This document shows positions 54,754 through 62,753 of a stretch of DNA of 64,000 bases, one piece after another. Below the pieces are notes generated by a model, which saw only the letters and a list, made by a program, of their open reading frames with translations, was not told where the DNA came from and ran no database searches. Position numbers and translations under genes: made by a program. The stretch spans positions 139,395 to 203,394 of the forward strand of contig CAZMTN010000001.1 of the NCBI GenBank assembly GCA_964569655.1, given 5' to 3'. The stretch is from an uncultured Candidatus Saccharibacteria bacterium. GTDB taxonomy: Bacteria > Patescibacteriota > Minisyncoccia > Phycocordibacterales > Phycocordibacteraceae. Numbering within the stretch: position 1 is the stretch's first letter; the number at the start of each line of letters is the position of its first letter.

Positions 54754-55338
54754 ATGGCGAAACTTACGGTTGATCTAAAGAACGGTTTGCTCGAAGTGGA
54801 AGGAGACGAATCCTTCGTAAAGGAGGTCTACGACGACTACAAGGAAGCTCTCGCAATGCTTACGGCACAGGTCCTCACGGCAAAGGAGGTGCACACACCT
54901 GAACTTGGAACAGGTTCATCAAAGAAAACTGGCTCAACTAATCCAAAGCCTACCGGCGCACAGACACACTCAAAAGGTGTAACACGTGAGGAGCCTACAT
55001 TTGTTCCCGACCTGAATCTTAATCCGGGAACCAAGCCTTCTCTCAAAGAAATCTACGCAAAGCTTTTGCCTGGAAAATCTACTGCAATGGAGAAGAACGT
55101 TGTGTTCGTTCACTATCTTCAGCGCACACTTGGGATTACTGGTATCGGTCTCAACCATATCTACACCTGCTACAAGGAAGTGGGAGAGAAGGTTCCTGTC
55201 GCGTTGGCGCAGAGCTTGAGGGATACTGTAAAAAAGGGTGCATGGATCGACATCACCGATGTGACGAACATCCATATGACGGTTCGAGGCGATAACTTCG
55301 TCGAGCACGAGTTGCCTCATGGATCCGAGGATAAATAA
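54754..55338 (+). CDS. Hypothetical protein, paralog 2 of 54170..54736 (same architecture)
   Basis: Linker GSSKKTGSTNPKPTG; C-terminal VFVHYLQRTLG...LAQSLRDTVKKGAWIDITDV...VRGDNF parallels paralog 1. Confidence 0.45.
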   Translation: MAKLTVDLKNGLLEVEGDESFVKEVYDDYKEALAMLTAQVLTAKEVHTPELGTGSSKKTGSTNPKPTGAQTHSKGVTREEPTFVPDLNLNPGTKPSLKEIYAKLLPGKSTAMEKNVVFVHYLQRTLGITGIGLNHIYTCYKEVGEKVPVALAQSLRDTVKKGAWIDITDVTNIHMTVRGDNFVEHELPHGSEDK

Positions 55339-55352
55339 GACTCGCAATTCAT

Positions 55353-56108
55353 ATGACACGTGAAGAACTGGACCTATTCGCTAGCCGCTTTGACGGTTTC
55401 GCTGCACTCTCGGCAGTGAAGCAAATCGACTACTTGGCCTACTACTTACTTGCTCAAAAGGGGAAGGAAAGCATTACCGCAGGCGATCTCGAAGAGTGCT
55501 TTAAACTTCTCGACCTGCGACCGTATGCGCGCATGTCGGTACACCTTTCGGAATCTGCCTCAAAGAAGGATGGTCGATTCATTAAGCACTCTAAGGGGTA
55601 CAGGTTGGAGCGCGCCGCGCTAGAAGAGATTCGTGCAATCGTTGACGCGGAGCCAGAGCGAGAGAAGGTATCTGTTCATCTCACTGACCTTGTACCGAAG
55701 ATCAGTGAGGCGCAGGAACGGGTTTTTCTTGAAGAGGCTATTCGCAGTTTCCGCGTAAAGGCATTTCGTGCAGCAGTCGTTATGACTTGGATTCTCACAA
55801 TGGAGCACCTGCAGAGGTTCACTTACGGGAATAAGCTGAGCGAGTTCAATGCGGCCATCGCTGCGCACCCAGATAACAAGCGCATGAAAGCAATCACTGC
55901 GTATGATGACTTCGCTGACCTAAAGGAATCAAGGGTCATTGAGCTCATGCGGAGCGCTGGCGTTATCTCTCCCGACGTAAGAAGGATTCTCGATGAGAAA
56001 CTCGGTATTCGAAACAGTGCGGGCCATCCATCCGGAGTTATTCTGTCTCCCCATAAGGCCACGGAGTTCATCCTCGACCTTGTTGAGAACGTTATCCTGA
56101 AGTACTAG
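55353..56108 (+). CDS. Hypothetical protein: N-terminal winged-helix-like domain related to the two upstream paralogs, plus a C-terminal helical domain with an Rx4H (HEPN-like) motif
   Basis: N-terminal DYLAYYLLAQKGKESITAGDLEECFKLL...KKDGRFIKHSKGYRLERAA (wing K.GRFI...GY.L). C-terminal EKLGIRNSAGHPSGV carries R-x4-H inside a predicted all-helical domain, as in HEPN RNases. Terminator hairpin follows. Confidence 0.4.
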   Translation: MTREELDLFASRFDGFAALSAVKQIDYLAYYLLAQKGKESITAGDLEECFKLLDLRPYARMSVHLSESASKKDGRFIKHSKGYRLERAALEEIRAIVDAEPEREKVSVHLTDLVPKISEAQERVFLEEAIRSFRVKAFRAAVVMTWILTMEHLQRFTYGNKLSEFNAAIAAHPDNKRMKAITAYDDFADLKESRVIELMRSAGVISPDVRRILDEKLGIRNSAGHPSGVILSPHKATEFILDLVENVILKY

Positions 56109-56200
56109 TTGGCTGAACACGCAGAATTGTCTCCAACGACTGAATCTCCTTGCAAAAGGAGTTCCAAAACTCCATCCCAAGGTCCACATTCGTTCACTTG

Positions 56201-56226
56201 AAGGCACGAAAGTGCCTTTTTGTGTA
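56201..56226 (+). terminator. Terminator hairpin AAGGCAC-GAAA-GTGCCTT plus TTTGTGTAT
   Basis: 7-bp stem with GNRA loop and T-rich tail after the 55353..56108 gene. Confidence 0.45.
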
Positions 56227-56481
56227 TAGTTTCCAACGCTTTTCGCAGGTTCTAATATTTCTGGTGGACAGTTTAGCGAATCTACCCCGTCTCGTAGGAT
56301 TTCTATAGGCTTCTCGACTAGGAACGAGAGGTGGCCCTGGTCGAATATGTGCTCGGTACCGAGGGCTGCAAGGATGGCACGTCTCTTTTCCAGGTCGGGT
56401 ATTAAGGCCAGTGGCCTCCAGCCGATAGTATCAAAATATCTAAAGTTTGGATATTGACTTCTTAGATAGACCATTTAGTAT

Positions 56482-56703
56482 ATGAAGAAGTCAATCCATA
56501 CAAAGGAGTACGCGGTCTTTGTCGAGAGATTGAAGACAGCGCGCCTTGAAGCGGGTCTGACGCAGGTGCAGGTGGCCAAGAAATTGAAACGGCCACAGTC
56601 CCATGTTTCAAATGTAGAGTCAGGGCAACAGAGGCTAGATGTTATTGAACTCCAACGTTTTGCGAAGATTTACAGGAAGGACATCAACTATTTTCTAAAA
56701 TAA
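56482..56703 (+). CDS. XRE-family (Cro/C1-type) helix-turn-helix transcriptional regulator
   Basis: 73 aa; LTQVQVAKKLKRPQSHVSNVESGQQ is a canonical HTH_3; first gene of a tightly packed 9-gene + strand run. Confidence 0.7.
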   Translation: MKKSIHTKEYAVFVERLKTARLEAGLTQVQVAKKLKRPQSHVSNVESGQQRLDVIELQRFAKIYRKDINYFLK

Positions 56704-56707
56704 TTCC

Positions 56708-57229
56708 ATGGTTGAGAACTTGAAAAATGTTGGCTGGACTATTCTGGGAATAGGTTTTTTCTTGCTTCTCATTTTGATAGCAGCTTTGATGCTTAACGGC
56801 GCAGTTTGGGTTGGTGAGCACGTAATTGGCTGGCTTTTTAGTGCCGCATGGATAGTATTCGCCATCAACCTTTTTATCCTTCTACCTCTCGGGCTGTTTA
56901 GGAAAACTGGCGTGTTTGGCGGAATTGCCATGTACTACTCATCGTTTGTATTCGGCTTAACGCTCTGGTTCCTAGGACTCTTGCTTACTTATTTTGCATG
57001 GGGATTTCTTGGAGTCATCGCTGGTCTTATCCTTGGCGGAGTTGGGGTTGTTCCAGTAGCAATGCTGGCCATGCTGTTCGACGGAGAATTCTTTACACTC
57101 GTTGTTCTTCTAGTCCTGACTGCTCTTACGTTCGGCACTAAATTCCTAGGTGTCGTTTTAGCGATGAGAGCAGAGGAAAAAACGAATCAGCTCCACACAG
57201 AAAGGCTGACAACTGAGACTCAGATATGA
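56708..57229 (+). CDS. Hypothetical polytopic membrane protein (173 aa, ~5 TM)
   Basis: Hydrophobic helices throughout; 4 nt after the XRE stop. Confidence 0.45.
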   Translation: MVENLKNVGWTILGIGFFLLLILIAALMLNGAVWVGEHVIGWLFSAAWIVFAINLFILLPLGLFRKTGVFGGIAMYYSSFVFGLTLWFLGLLLTYFAWGFLGVIAGLILGGVGVVPVAMLAMLFDGEFFTLVVLLVLTALTFGTKFLGVVLAMRAEEKTNQLHTERLTTETQI

Positions 57230-57531
57230 CCTACCTCAAACCACTCCTGATTGTCGCGGGAATCATGCTTCTCCTCGCTATCCCTCCCATGTGGCCGTAT
57301 GTCTACTACCAACTCATGCGTATAGTCGTATGTATTGCGGCGGCGTATGGAGCATACACAGCTTTTCAAACAGAGCGTACTGGTTGGGTATGGGTACTTG
57401 GCGCAGTAGCCATCCTTTTTAACCCAATCGCTCCTATCCATCTCGATAAGGAGACGTGGGTTGTGCCCGACATCATTGGGGCAATCATCATGTTCGTGGC
57501 AGCGGTAAAATTGAAGCATCATGGAAAATAA
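57226..57531 (+). CDS. Hypothetical membrane protein (101 aa, 3 TM)
   Basis: Overlaps the upstream stop by 4 nt. Confidence 0.45.
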   Translation: MTYLKPLLIVAGIMLLLAIPPMWPYVYYQLMRIVVCIAAAYGAYTAFQTERTGWVWVLGAVAILFNPIAPIHLDKETWVVPDIIGAIIMFVAAVKLKHHGK

Positions 57532-58114
57532 AGGAAGCATCATTTGGTGGGTCATCATTCTGGCGGTACTTGCGGCTATCGTGTACTTCAACTTCTTTGA
57601 CAAAGATTCGAAAGAACAAGATTCATCGGAAGCGGTTACGGAAGAAGTCTCTGAAGGTAGCTTGATAGCCGACTCTCTAGCAGAAAAATATGGCGCTACG
57701 GTAATAGGCAGAGAAAGTCTCTCGTTTACCATTCAGGCGCAAGATCAGTTGTTGAGCGGTAAGCCAGTGGTGTTCGATGCTTATCTTGATGACGTATACC
57801 GTCGTGATGATAAGACCTACGTGCGCTTCCAGTCATATGACGAAACTGACTATATCCTCGAACTAGAATGCGACCCACAAATGGTCGAGGATAAAGTGCT
57901 CTCGCAGACGGATACCACGGACGATTGGCTTTTCTGGCTCTATAACGAGTATGTCGTTGTTGCAAACATAACCGAGGTATCGAAGCCAGTTATTGCACTT
58001 AATGCAGTAGCGGGCTACGACGAAGGAGATGCAGAAATAGAAGTTGAAACCAGCTCAGTCTTCAGCGCAAAAGGAACGTGCGTTGATATGGAGCATGTGG
58101 TTATAGGCGATTAA
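57521..58114 (+). CDS. Hypothetical single-pass membrane protein with acidic extracytoplasmic domain (197 aa)
   Basis: TM IIWWVIILAVLAAIVYF; overlaps the upstream gene by 11 nt. Confidence 0.45.
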   Translation: MENKGSIIWWVIILAVLAAIVYFNFFDKDSKEQDSSEAVTEEVSEGSLIADSLAEKYGATVIGRESLSFTIQAQDQLLSGKPVVFDAYLDDVYRRDDKTYVRFQSYDETDYILELECDPQMVEDKVLSQTDTTDDWLFWLYNEYVVVANITEVSKPVIALNAVAGYDEGDAEIEVETSSVFSAKGTCVDMEHVVIGD

Positions 58115-58116
58115 CC

Positions 58117-58320
58117 ATGAATACCAAATTCACAAAAATCTTGGTCATAGTTGCGGTTGCGGCTCTTGCGCTTGGTTCTTTAACCTACTTCACTCGGACG
58201 GTATTCGACATCGGCTGTGCGAATACAGAATTGGTGCAGGGCAACAAATGGAAACGCCATTTCCTCGGCATGAATTGCTGGTACTGGGAGGGCAATATCG
58301 ATCTCCAAGCGGAACTATAG
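58117..58320 (+). CDS. Small membrane-anchored protein (67 aa) with two Cys and a Trp-rich tail
   Basis: TM ILVIVAVAALALGSLTYF; ...CANTELVQGNKWKRHFLGMNCWYWEG. Confidence 0.35.
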   Translation: MNTKFTKILVIVAVAALALGSLTYFTRTVFDIGCANTELVQGNKWKRHFLGMNCWYWEGNIDLQAEL

Positions 58321-58324
58321 AGAT

Positions 58325-58843
58325 ATGAATAAAACAACTGCAACAACCAAAGTGCTCGTAGCCGCTGTCGTTATTCTGGCCGTAGTAGCACTTTGGCAGT
58401 TCATGGAGAAGAAAGGTCTTGAGTACGAACTCGTGCTACAACAGTCAATTCCTCACGTTGACCTAACCAATACTCAGTTCGTAGACGGAGGACGTTTCTA
58501 TGCATATATAACAGGTTTCGTAGTCTTCAAAAATGAGGAAGACCAGCCGAAAGATATGCGCCAGTTCTATATGATTGAGCCGACAGCAAGTCCTAATGTT
58601 TATACCCTCAAGGAGATTTTTGAGATGAACTTGCTACCGCCCAAAGTATTTGACCCTGTCATGCTTGATGTCGCACAAGAAACAAGTAGCATGCTCGTAC
58701 TCGTGGATGAGAGTGGAAATACATGGACAATAAACAAACTCACGAAAGAGGTGCAAATGCTAGACTCAACTGGCGACGCAACCTACCTCATCACAAGCAA
58801 CATAGAGTACCAGGACTTTATGCAAAACTTCCTTACTAGGTAA
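58325..58843 (+). CDS. Hypothetical membrane-anchored protein (172 aa)
   Basis: Signal-anchor VLVAAVVILAVVALWQF. Confidence 0.45.
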   Translation: MNKTTATTKVLVAAVVILAVVALWQFMEKKGLEYELVLQQSIPHVDLTNTQFVDGGRFYAYITGFVVFKNEEDQPKDMRQFYMIEPTASPNVYTLKEIFEMNLLPPKVFDPVMLDVAQETSSMLVLVDESGNTWTINKLTKEVQMLDSTGDATYLITSNIEYQDFMQNFLTR

Positions 58844-58848
58844 CGAAA

Positions 58849-59391
58849 GTGCGTATGAGGCTATATAGATTCAGTCCAGTCAAAAATCAAGCGACCCTCA
58901 TTGAAGCCATTCAACACATTCATGCTGAGTGCTTCAGACTCTGTAAGGAATCTGTGGGCGAATATCTACCTGTAGCAGGAAATGTAGGTTTCTTCTGTCA
59001 TTACAATGATGAGTACGACGTTCTTACTGCGCTTCGTGGGCAATTGACTGAATCGTCTGACAATATCAATCAAAAATACTTTCGTCTCTATGAGCCCATC
59101 GTCATTCCTGCTATAGACGATATTCCTGAGACAATCTATACCCATCTTTACATTCGTAAGCCCGATATTTATCGAGCACAGGTAGGCGATATCGATTTTG
59201 TAATGGAGCCAGAGCGGTATGCGGAAATGAAGAAGCGTTTAGAGAGCGGCGAAGTCATCTCTGGTGCTCGTATTTTCCCACGAGGCGATTTGGATATGAT
59301 TGAACTCTATAATCCTGATGTTGATGCACTAGGTTATATCAGCGTGAATGAGATGACTGAGAAAGTCCGGATTAAGACCAATTTTCAATAA
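58849..59391 (+). CDS. Hypothetical soluble protein (180 aa)
   Basis: No recognised motifs; part of the operon. Confidence 0.45.
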   Translation: MRMRLYRFSPVKNQATLIEAIQHIHAECFRLCKESVGEYLPVAGNVGFFCHYNDEYDVLTALRGQLTESSDNINQKYFRLYEPIVIPAIDDIPETIYTHLYIRKPDIYRAQVGDIDFVMEPERYAEMKKRLESGEVISGARIFPRGDLDMIELYNPDVDALGYISVNEMTEKVRIKTNFQ

Positions 59392-59392
59392 C

Positions 59393-59839
59393 ATGGACTA
59401 CCTGAAACGAGCAGTCGAGTTAGCAAAAATTTCACTTGAAGCTGGTGAGTTTCCTGCCGGCGCAGTGCTTGTTAGTAAGAGCGGAAAAGTCTATGAGAGC
59501 AAACCATCAGTGCCTTATAACCACGGCGAAACGATGGTCATAGATATGGCTATCGAATCAGAAGGGGAGCCACTCGTCGTTGGGGCAACTATATATGCTT
59601 CCATGCAGCCTTGCCTCATGTGTTCCTCAAAGATGTACTGGGCTGGTATTGAAAATGCCCACTTTGTGATTCCGAAGAAGAATGTTCGAGCGGATTACGC
59701 TTATGAAAATGAGTTGGATACGACGGCAGTGGCATCAAATTTCTTCAAACCAATTACAATGACCCACCATTCTGAACTACTAGATGAGGCGATGAGTGCA
59801 TATGTAGCATGGGTAAATAAGATTGAAGACCATGGATAG
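59393..59839 (+). CDS. CDA-fold nucleoside/nucleotide deaminase (TadA/guanine-deaminase-like)
   Basis: Zn-binding H(G)E ... PCxxC: NHGETMVIDMA and MQPCLMCSSKM; N-terminal AGEFPAGAVLV typical of the family. Confidence 0.65.
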   Translation: MDYLKRAVELAKISLEAGEFPAGAVLVSKSGKVYESKPSVPYNHGETMVIDMAIESEGEPLVVGATIYASMQPCLMCSSKMYWAGIENAHFVIPKKNVRADYAYENELDTTAVASNFFKPITMTHHSELLDEAMSAYVAWVNKIEDHG

Positions 59840-60581
59840 TGTTTCAATCCCTAATTCCAGGGGTCGCAAGATAGCAGCGGTCATTCATTATTCACAGGGA
59901 AATAAAAGGCTCGCTATTCTTTGTCCTGGCTATTTAGATACTAAGGACTACGCTCATCTTGTAGACCTTGCGAACAAATTTGCAGAGCGTGGATACACCA
60001 CTGTACGCTTCGACCCTTCTGGAACCTGGGAAAGTGAAGGTCCGATATCTGAGTATCTAACTTCTCAGTATCTTGATGATATTAAGAGTGTTTTGGAATA
60101 TATGCTTGCTAAGGATTCATATACTCAAGTCCTACTTGGTGGTCACAGTCGAGGTGGTCAGGTTTCGCTACTGTATGCTGCTCGCGACCCACGTATCACG
60201 GAAGTAGTAGGTATCATGCCTTCGCATGGGCCAGTAGAAGGTTCTCGTCGTACTGAATGGGAGGCTACGGGAGTAAAGGAGTCTGATAGAGATATTCCTG
60301 GGAGTGAAGAGCGACGACAGTTTGCTGTTCCATTTCAGCATGTGCTTGATCGCGACCAATTTGATGCACTGGGAGATATGCCGAACATTCACGTGCCAGT
60401 ATATTTATTTGCTGGAGAATTAGATGATTTGGTGCCTCCTGAAGAAGTCCAAGAACTTTTTGATGCTGCTAACGAACCTAAGAAGTATCTTGTGCTCAAG
60501 GGCATAGACCATGACTATCGCTTAAATCCTCTACAAGTGGAGGAGGTGAACAATCGTATTATTCAAACGATTGAACGTTAA
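59823..60581 (+). CDS. Alpha/beta-hydrolase fold protein
   Basis: Nucleophile elbow GGHSRGG, later acid/His region (DDLVPPEE ... IDHDY); overlaps the deaminase stop by ~17 nt. Confidence 0.65.
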   Translation: MKTMDSVSIPNSRGRKIAAVIHYSQGNKRLAILCPGYLDTKDYAHLVDLANKFAERGYTTVRFDPSGTWESEGPISEYLTSQYLDDIKSVLEYMLAKDSYTQVLLGGHSRGGQVSLLYAARDPRITEVVGIMPSHGPVEGSRRTEWEATGVKESDRDIPGSEERRQFAVPFQHVLDRDQFDALGDMPNIHVPVYLFAGELDDLVPPEEVQELFDAANEPKKYLVLKGIDHDYRLNPLQVEEVNNRIIQTIER

Positions 60582-60609
60582 TCATATACATATTGTGCAG
60601 GTAGTCGTA

Positions 60610-60860
60610 CGCATTCGTTAACTTGTTTAACATTGTTAACGTTTATTAACCGCAGTGCAAAGGAGGGTGGTTCTAATCTCGTATGAGGAGTGGCGCACGA
60701 GTGGTGAAAGTGGGTCTATTTCTTAGTCCAAGAATCAATACAGGGTAAAAAACGTATTGGCTTGCGTTCACTTATGGAAGTTCTAATATGATGAATGAGA
60801 CACCACATCAGAAGAGTTAACAGCCGCAAAGTCCTCAAAAAGCTTTGCGGCTGTTGCTAT
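60610..60860. promoter_or_regulatory. AT-rich segment with clustered GTTAAC/TTAAC repeats (60612..60650) and a perfect 13-bp palindrome AACAGCCGCAAAG-N11-CTTTGCGGCTGTT (60818..60856); candidate protein-binding or recombination site near the island's right end
   Basis: Repeats read directly (cattcGTTAACttGTTTAACattGTTAACgtttatTAAC). The palindrome has no T-tract on either strand, so it is not a classic terminator. Confidence 0.3.
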
Positions 60861-61160
60861 ATTGGCGGTTTGAAATCCCTCTTTAGGGTGGTAGGCCAAT
60901 TTTGCCTCAAAAAGGAAGTAGTACAGTCTCTGCTCATACGTGGCGTGGCGGGTAAGACCGAACTTGAGATGGTCGTACATACCGATGCTATTGAGCTGTT
61001 AAAGGGCGCGCCCAGGGACATGGTCTCAGATGCCTTCGGGATGCGTTAAGGCCCAGAACTAGGGACCTCTCAGGAAGTCTTCTTCGGCTGCTTTCAATAG
61101 TGCTTCGAATAGATTCTCGACCGAAAGTCCCAGTCGTGCCACGAGTCGATCCACCCGCTA

Positions 61161-61190
61161 TTGACAAGTGTGCTACTTCATAGGTATAAT
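61161..61190 (+). promoter_or_regulatory. Strong sigma70-like promoter TTGACA-N18-TATAAT upstream of 61222
   Basis: Consensus -35 and -10 hexamers, 18-nt spacer. Confidence 0.5.
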
Positions 61191-61221
61191 CCATTCAGGA
61201 TAGAAACTAGAGAGGTTTGAA

Positions 61222-61569
61222 ATGCCGCACATACGTGCACTCTTCATCGAAGACCAAGGCACCATAACTCTTCTTCTCGCGAAGAAGACGGAAATCCGAG
61301 AATCGGTGGCACGCCGTACCGGCTACACCATCGAAAAAGTCGCCTTCATTCCTGACATGGTGCCAGATTTTCTAGCGAATCTTTCGGACAACATGCTCCC
61401 GCTGGAATTCGTCATCGACGCGGGAACCCGGTGCCTGACTCCGGATACGCACTTCATGTGCGACGCTATCAAGGCTGATCTCGCCCAGATCGGCTTCGGA
61501 AGTCTCAACTTCGGTGTATGGCTTCGTGGCATGGCTGACAACAGCTATCACGAGCACAAACCTGGGTAA
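61222..61569 (+). CDS. Hypothetical protein (115 aa)
   Basis: ORF directly downstream of the consensus promoter. Confidence 0.45.
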   Translation: MPHIRALFIEDQGTITLLLAKKTEIRESVARRTGYTIEKVAFIPDMVPDFLANLSDNMLPLEFVIDAGTRCLTPDTHFMCDAIKADLAQIGFGSLNFGVWLRGMADNSYHEHKPG

Positions 61570-61713
61570 CGAAACGCCTCATTGGAGACGCCACATCGGC
61601 TCTCCGGTGGGGCGCTCTTTTTTATAGGCTGGCACTTTCCACACGAAGTCTTCATCATCGATAGTGCACACTGCCCGGACTCCCTAAGGGAGCCCTTCGC
61701 TTTAACTTCCCAT

Positions 61714-62028
61714 ATGAAAACTATCCCTGTCATCCTGCTCGGCCTGGTGCTCCTCGCGCCTATCCCGAGTTTCGCCTACTCGTCTTACGGATACTCGTAC
61801 AGTTACGGCTGGTCCGCTGACGATATCGAAGACCAGATCGAGGACATCGAGGACGAGATCGAAGAGCTCGAGGAACAGCTCCGTGAGCTCCGCGACCAGC
61901 TACGCGAGGCGGAGTCCCGCGACCGCCGCAGCCGAGGCCGCGACTACCGCGAGATCCGCTACGACTGCGTCTACGGCTGGCAGGCGAACTGCAGCAACCA
62001 TCAGTCCCGTACGAATTACTACTACTAG
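61714..62028 (+). CDS. Small secreted protein (104 aa) with Tyr/Ser/Gly repeat, highly acidic coiled-coil segment and C-terminal Cys pair
   Basis: Signal peptide MKTIPVILLGLVLLAPIPSFA; YSSYGYSYSYGWS; DDIEDQIEDIEDEIEELEEQLRELRDQLREAE; ...CVYGWQANC. Start at the internal Met; the ORF-track start is 61582. Confidence 0.4.
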   Translation: MKTIPVILLGLVLLAPIPSFAYSSYGYSYSYGWSADDIEDQIEDIEDEIEELEEQLRELRDQLREAESRDRRSRGRDYREIRYDCVYGWQANCSNHQSRTNYYY

Positions 62029-62101
62029 CCAGCTATTTGCTCCGCCTGGCGGCATGCTATACGCTTAGCCCAGAAATTGATCCCTTGAAAGGAGGGCAGT
62101 C

Positions 62102-62656
62102 ATGACAATGTTCCCGAAGCGGGATGCGTATTCATCTTGGAGGAATCCCGAACCCTTCACTGACATCCATATGGCGCTCGAGCTCCTTGCCGGGGACTCG
62201 ACGACCACGGAGCCTGTCTACCTCCAGCGATGCCAGGGTGAAGACTACGAATGGCAGATCGTCTTACCGTGGTATACCCACGGCAGCAGCGGCGGTGACC
62301 AGAGCGGATACGATTACTTCCAGATCGACCCGGTGCTGGCCAAGCAGCTGGTTGATGAACGTCTGGTCGCCATCCGGCGGATCCTGCACTTGGGATACAC
62401 CGAGGAGCGCAAGGACCAGTTCGTCATCGATCGCCTGGGAAAGAGGAAGGTAGAGGATTTCAAGAGGGAGATGCTGGCCAAGGCCGAAAGCATGCTGACT
62501 CCTGGCGTCCATACCAATCTCACCGCTGAGCCTGAACGTAGGGGCTCCTCGCGCGACCAGTGGCGCTATGGAGCCCTCCATTTCGACTTCAAAATGCCCC
62601 TGGGCGGCATCTGCCGCGTCTACCCCGAAGAAGGGAGACTCATCGTCCCCGAATAG
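62102..62656 (+). CDS. Hypothetical protein (184 aa)
   Basis: Good AAGGAGGG Shine-Dalgarno upstream; GC typical of the host. Confidence 0.5.
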   Translation: MTMFPKRDAYSSWRNPEPFTDIHMALELLAGDSTTTEPVYLQRCQGEDYEWQIVLPWYTHGSSGGDQSGYDYFQIDPVLAKQLVDERLVAIRRILHLGYTEERKDQFVIDRLGKRKVEDFKREMLAKAESMLTPGVHTNLTAEPERRGSSRDQWRYGALHFDFKMPLGGICRVYPEEGRLIVPE

Positions 62657-62753
62657 GACGATAAAGCAGCCTGAATCCCGTGTAGAGCCTCGCGCTCGCG
62701 CGGGGTTCTTCATACTCGTAGCTCTTGGACGCATGGTATCCTGTTCTGAATCC

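Larger units (their letters stand above)
51013..61160. mobile_element. Putative ~10-kb integrative element inserted at the 3' side of tRNA-Ala (lower GC, serine recombinase at the left end; right end approximate)
   Basis: GC drop from ~51.1 to ~61.2 kb; recombinase abuts the tRNA; cargo is almost entirely unknown small proteins. The right limit is placed where GC recovers, near a TCCACCC motif (61152..61158) that resembles the tRNA 3' end. Confidence 0.45.

Noticed and set aside
55929-56474. 181-aa minus-strand ORF divergent from the XRE gene
   Set aside because: It overlaps the 3' end of the 55353..56108 gene by 180 nt and reads through the terminator hairpin at 56201..56226; its start would be 8 nt from the XRE start. 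A short toxin-like gene here cannot be fully excluded.
60783-61049. ORFs of 65 aa (minus) and 84 aa (plus) in the island's right-end spacer
   Set aside because: Both run through the perfect 13-bp palindrome, which yields palindromic peptide text (AAKLFEDFAA); no Shine-Dalgarno or promoter; more likely a non-coding regulatory or att region.
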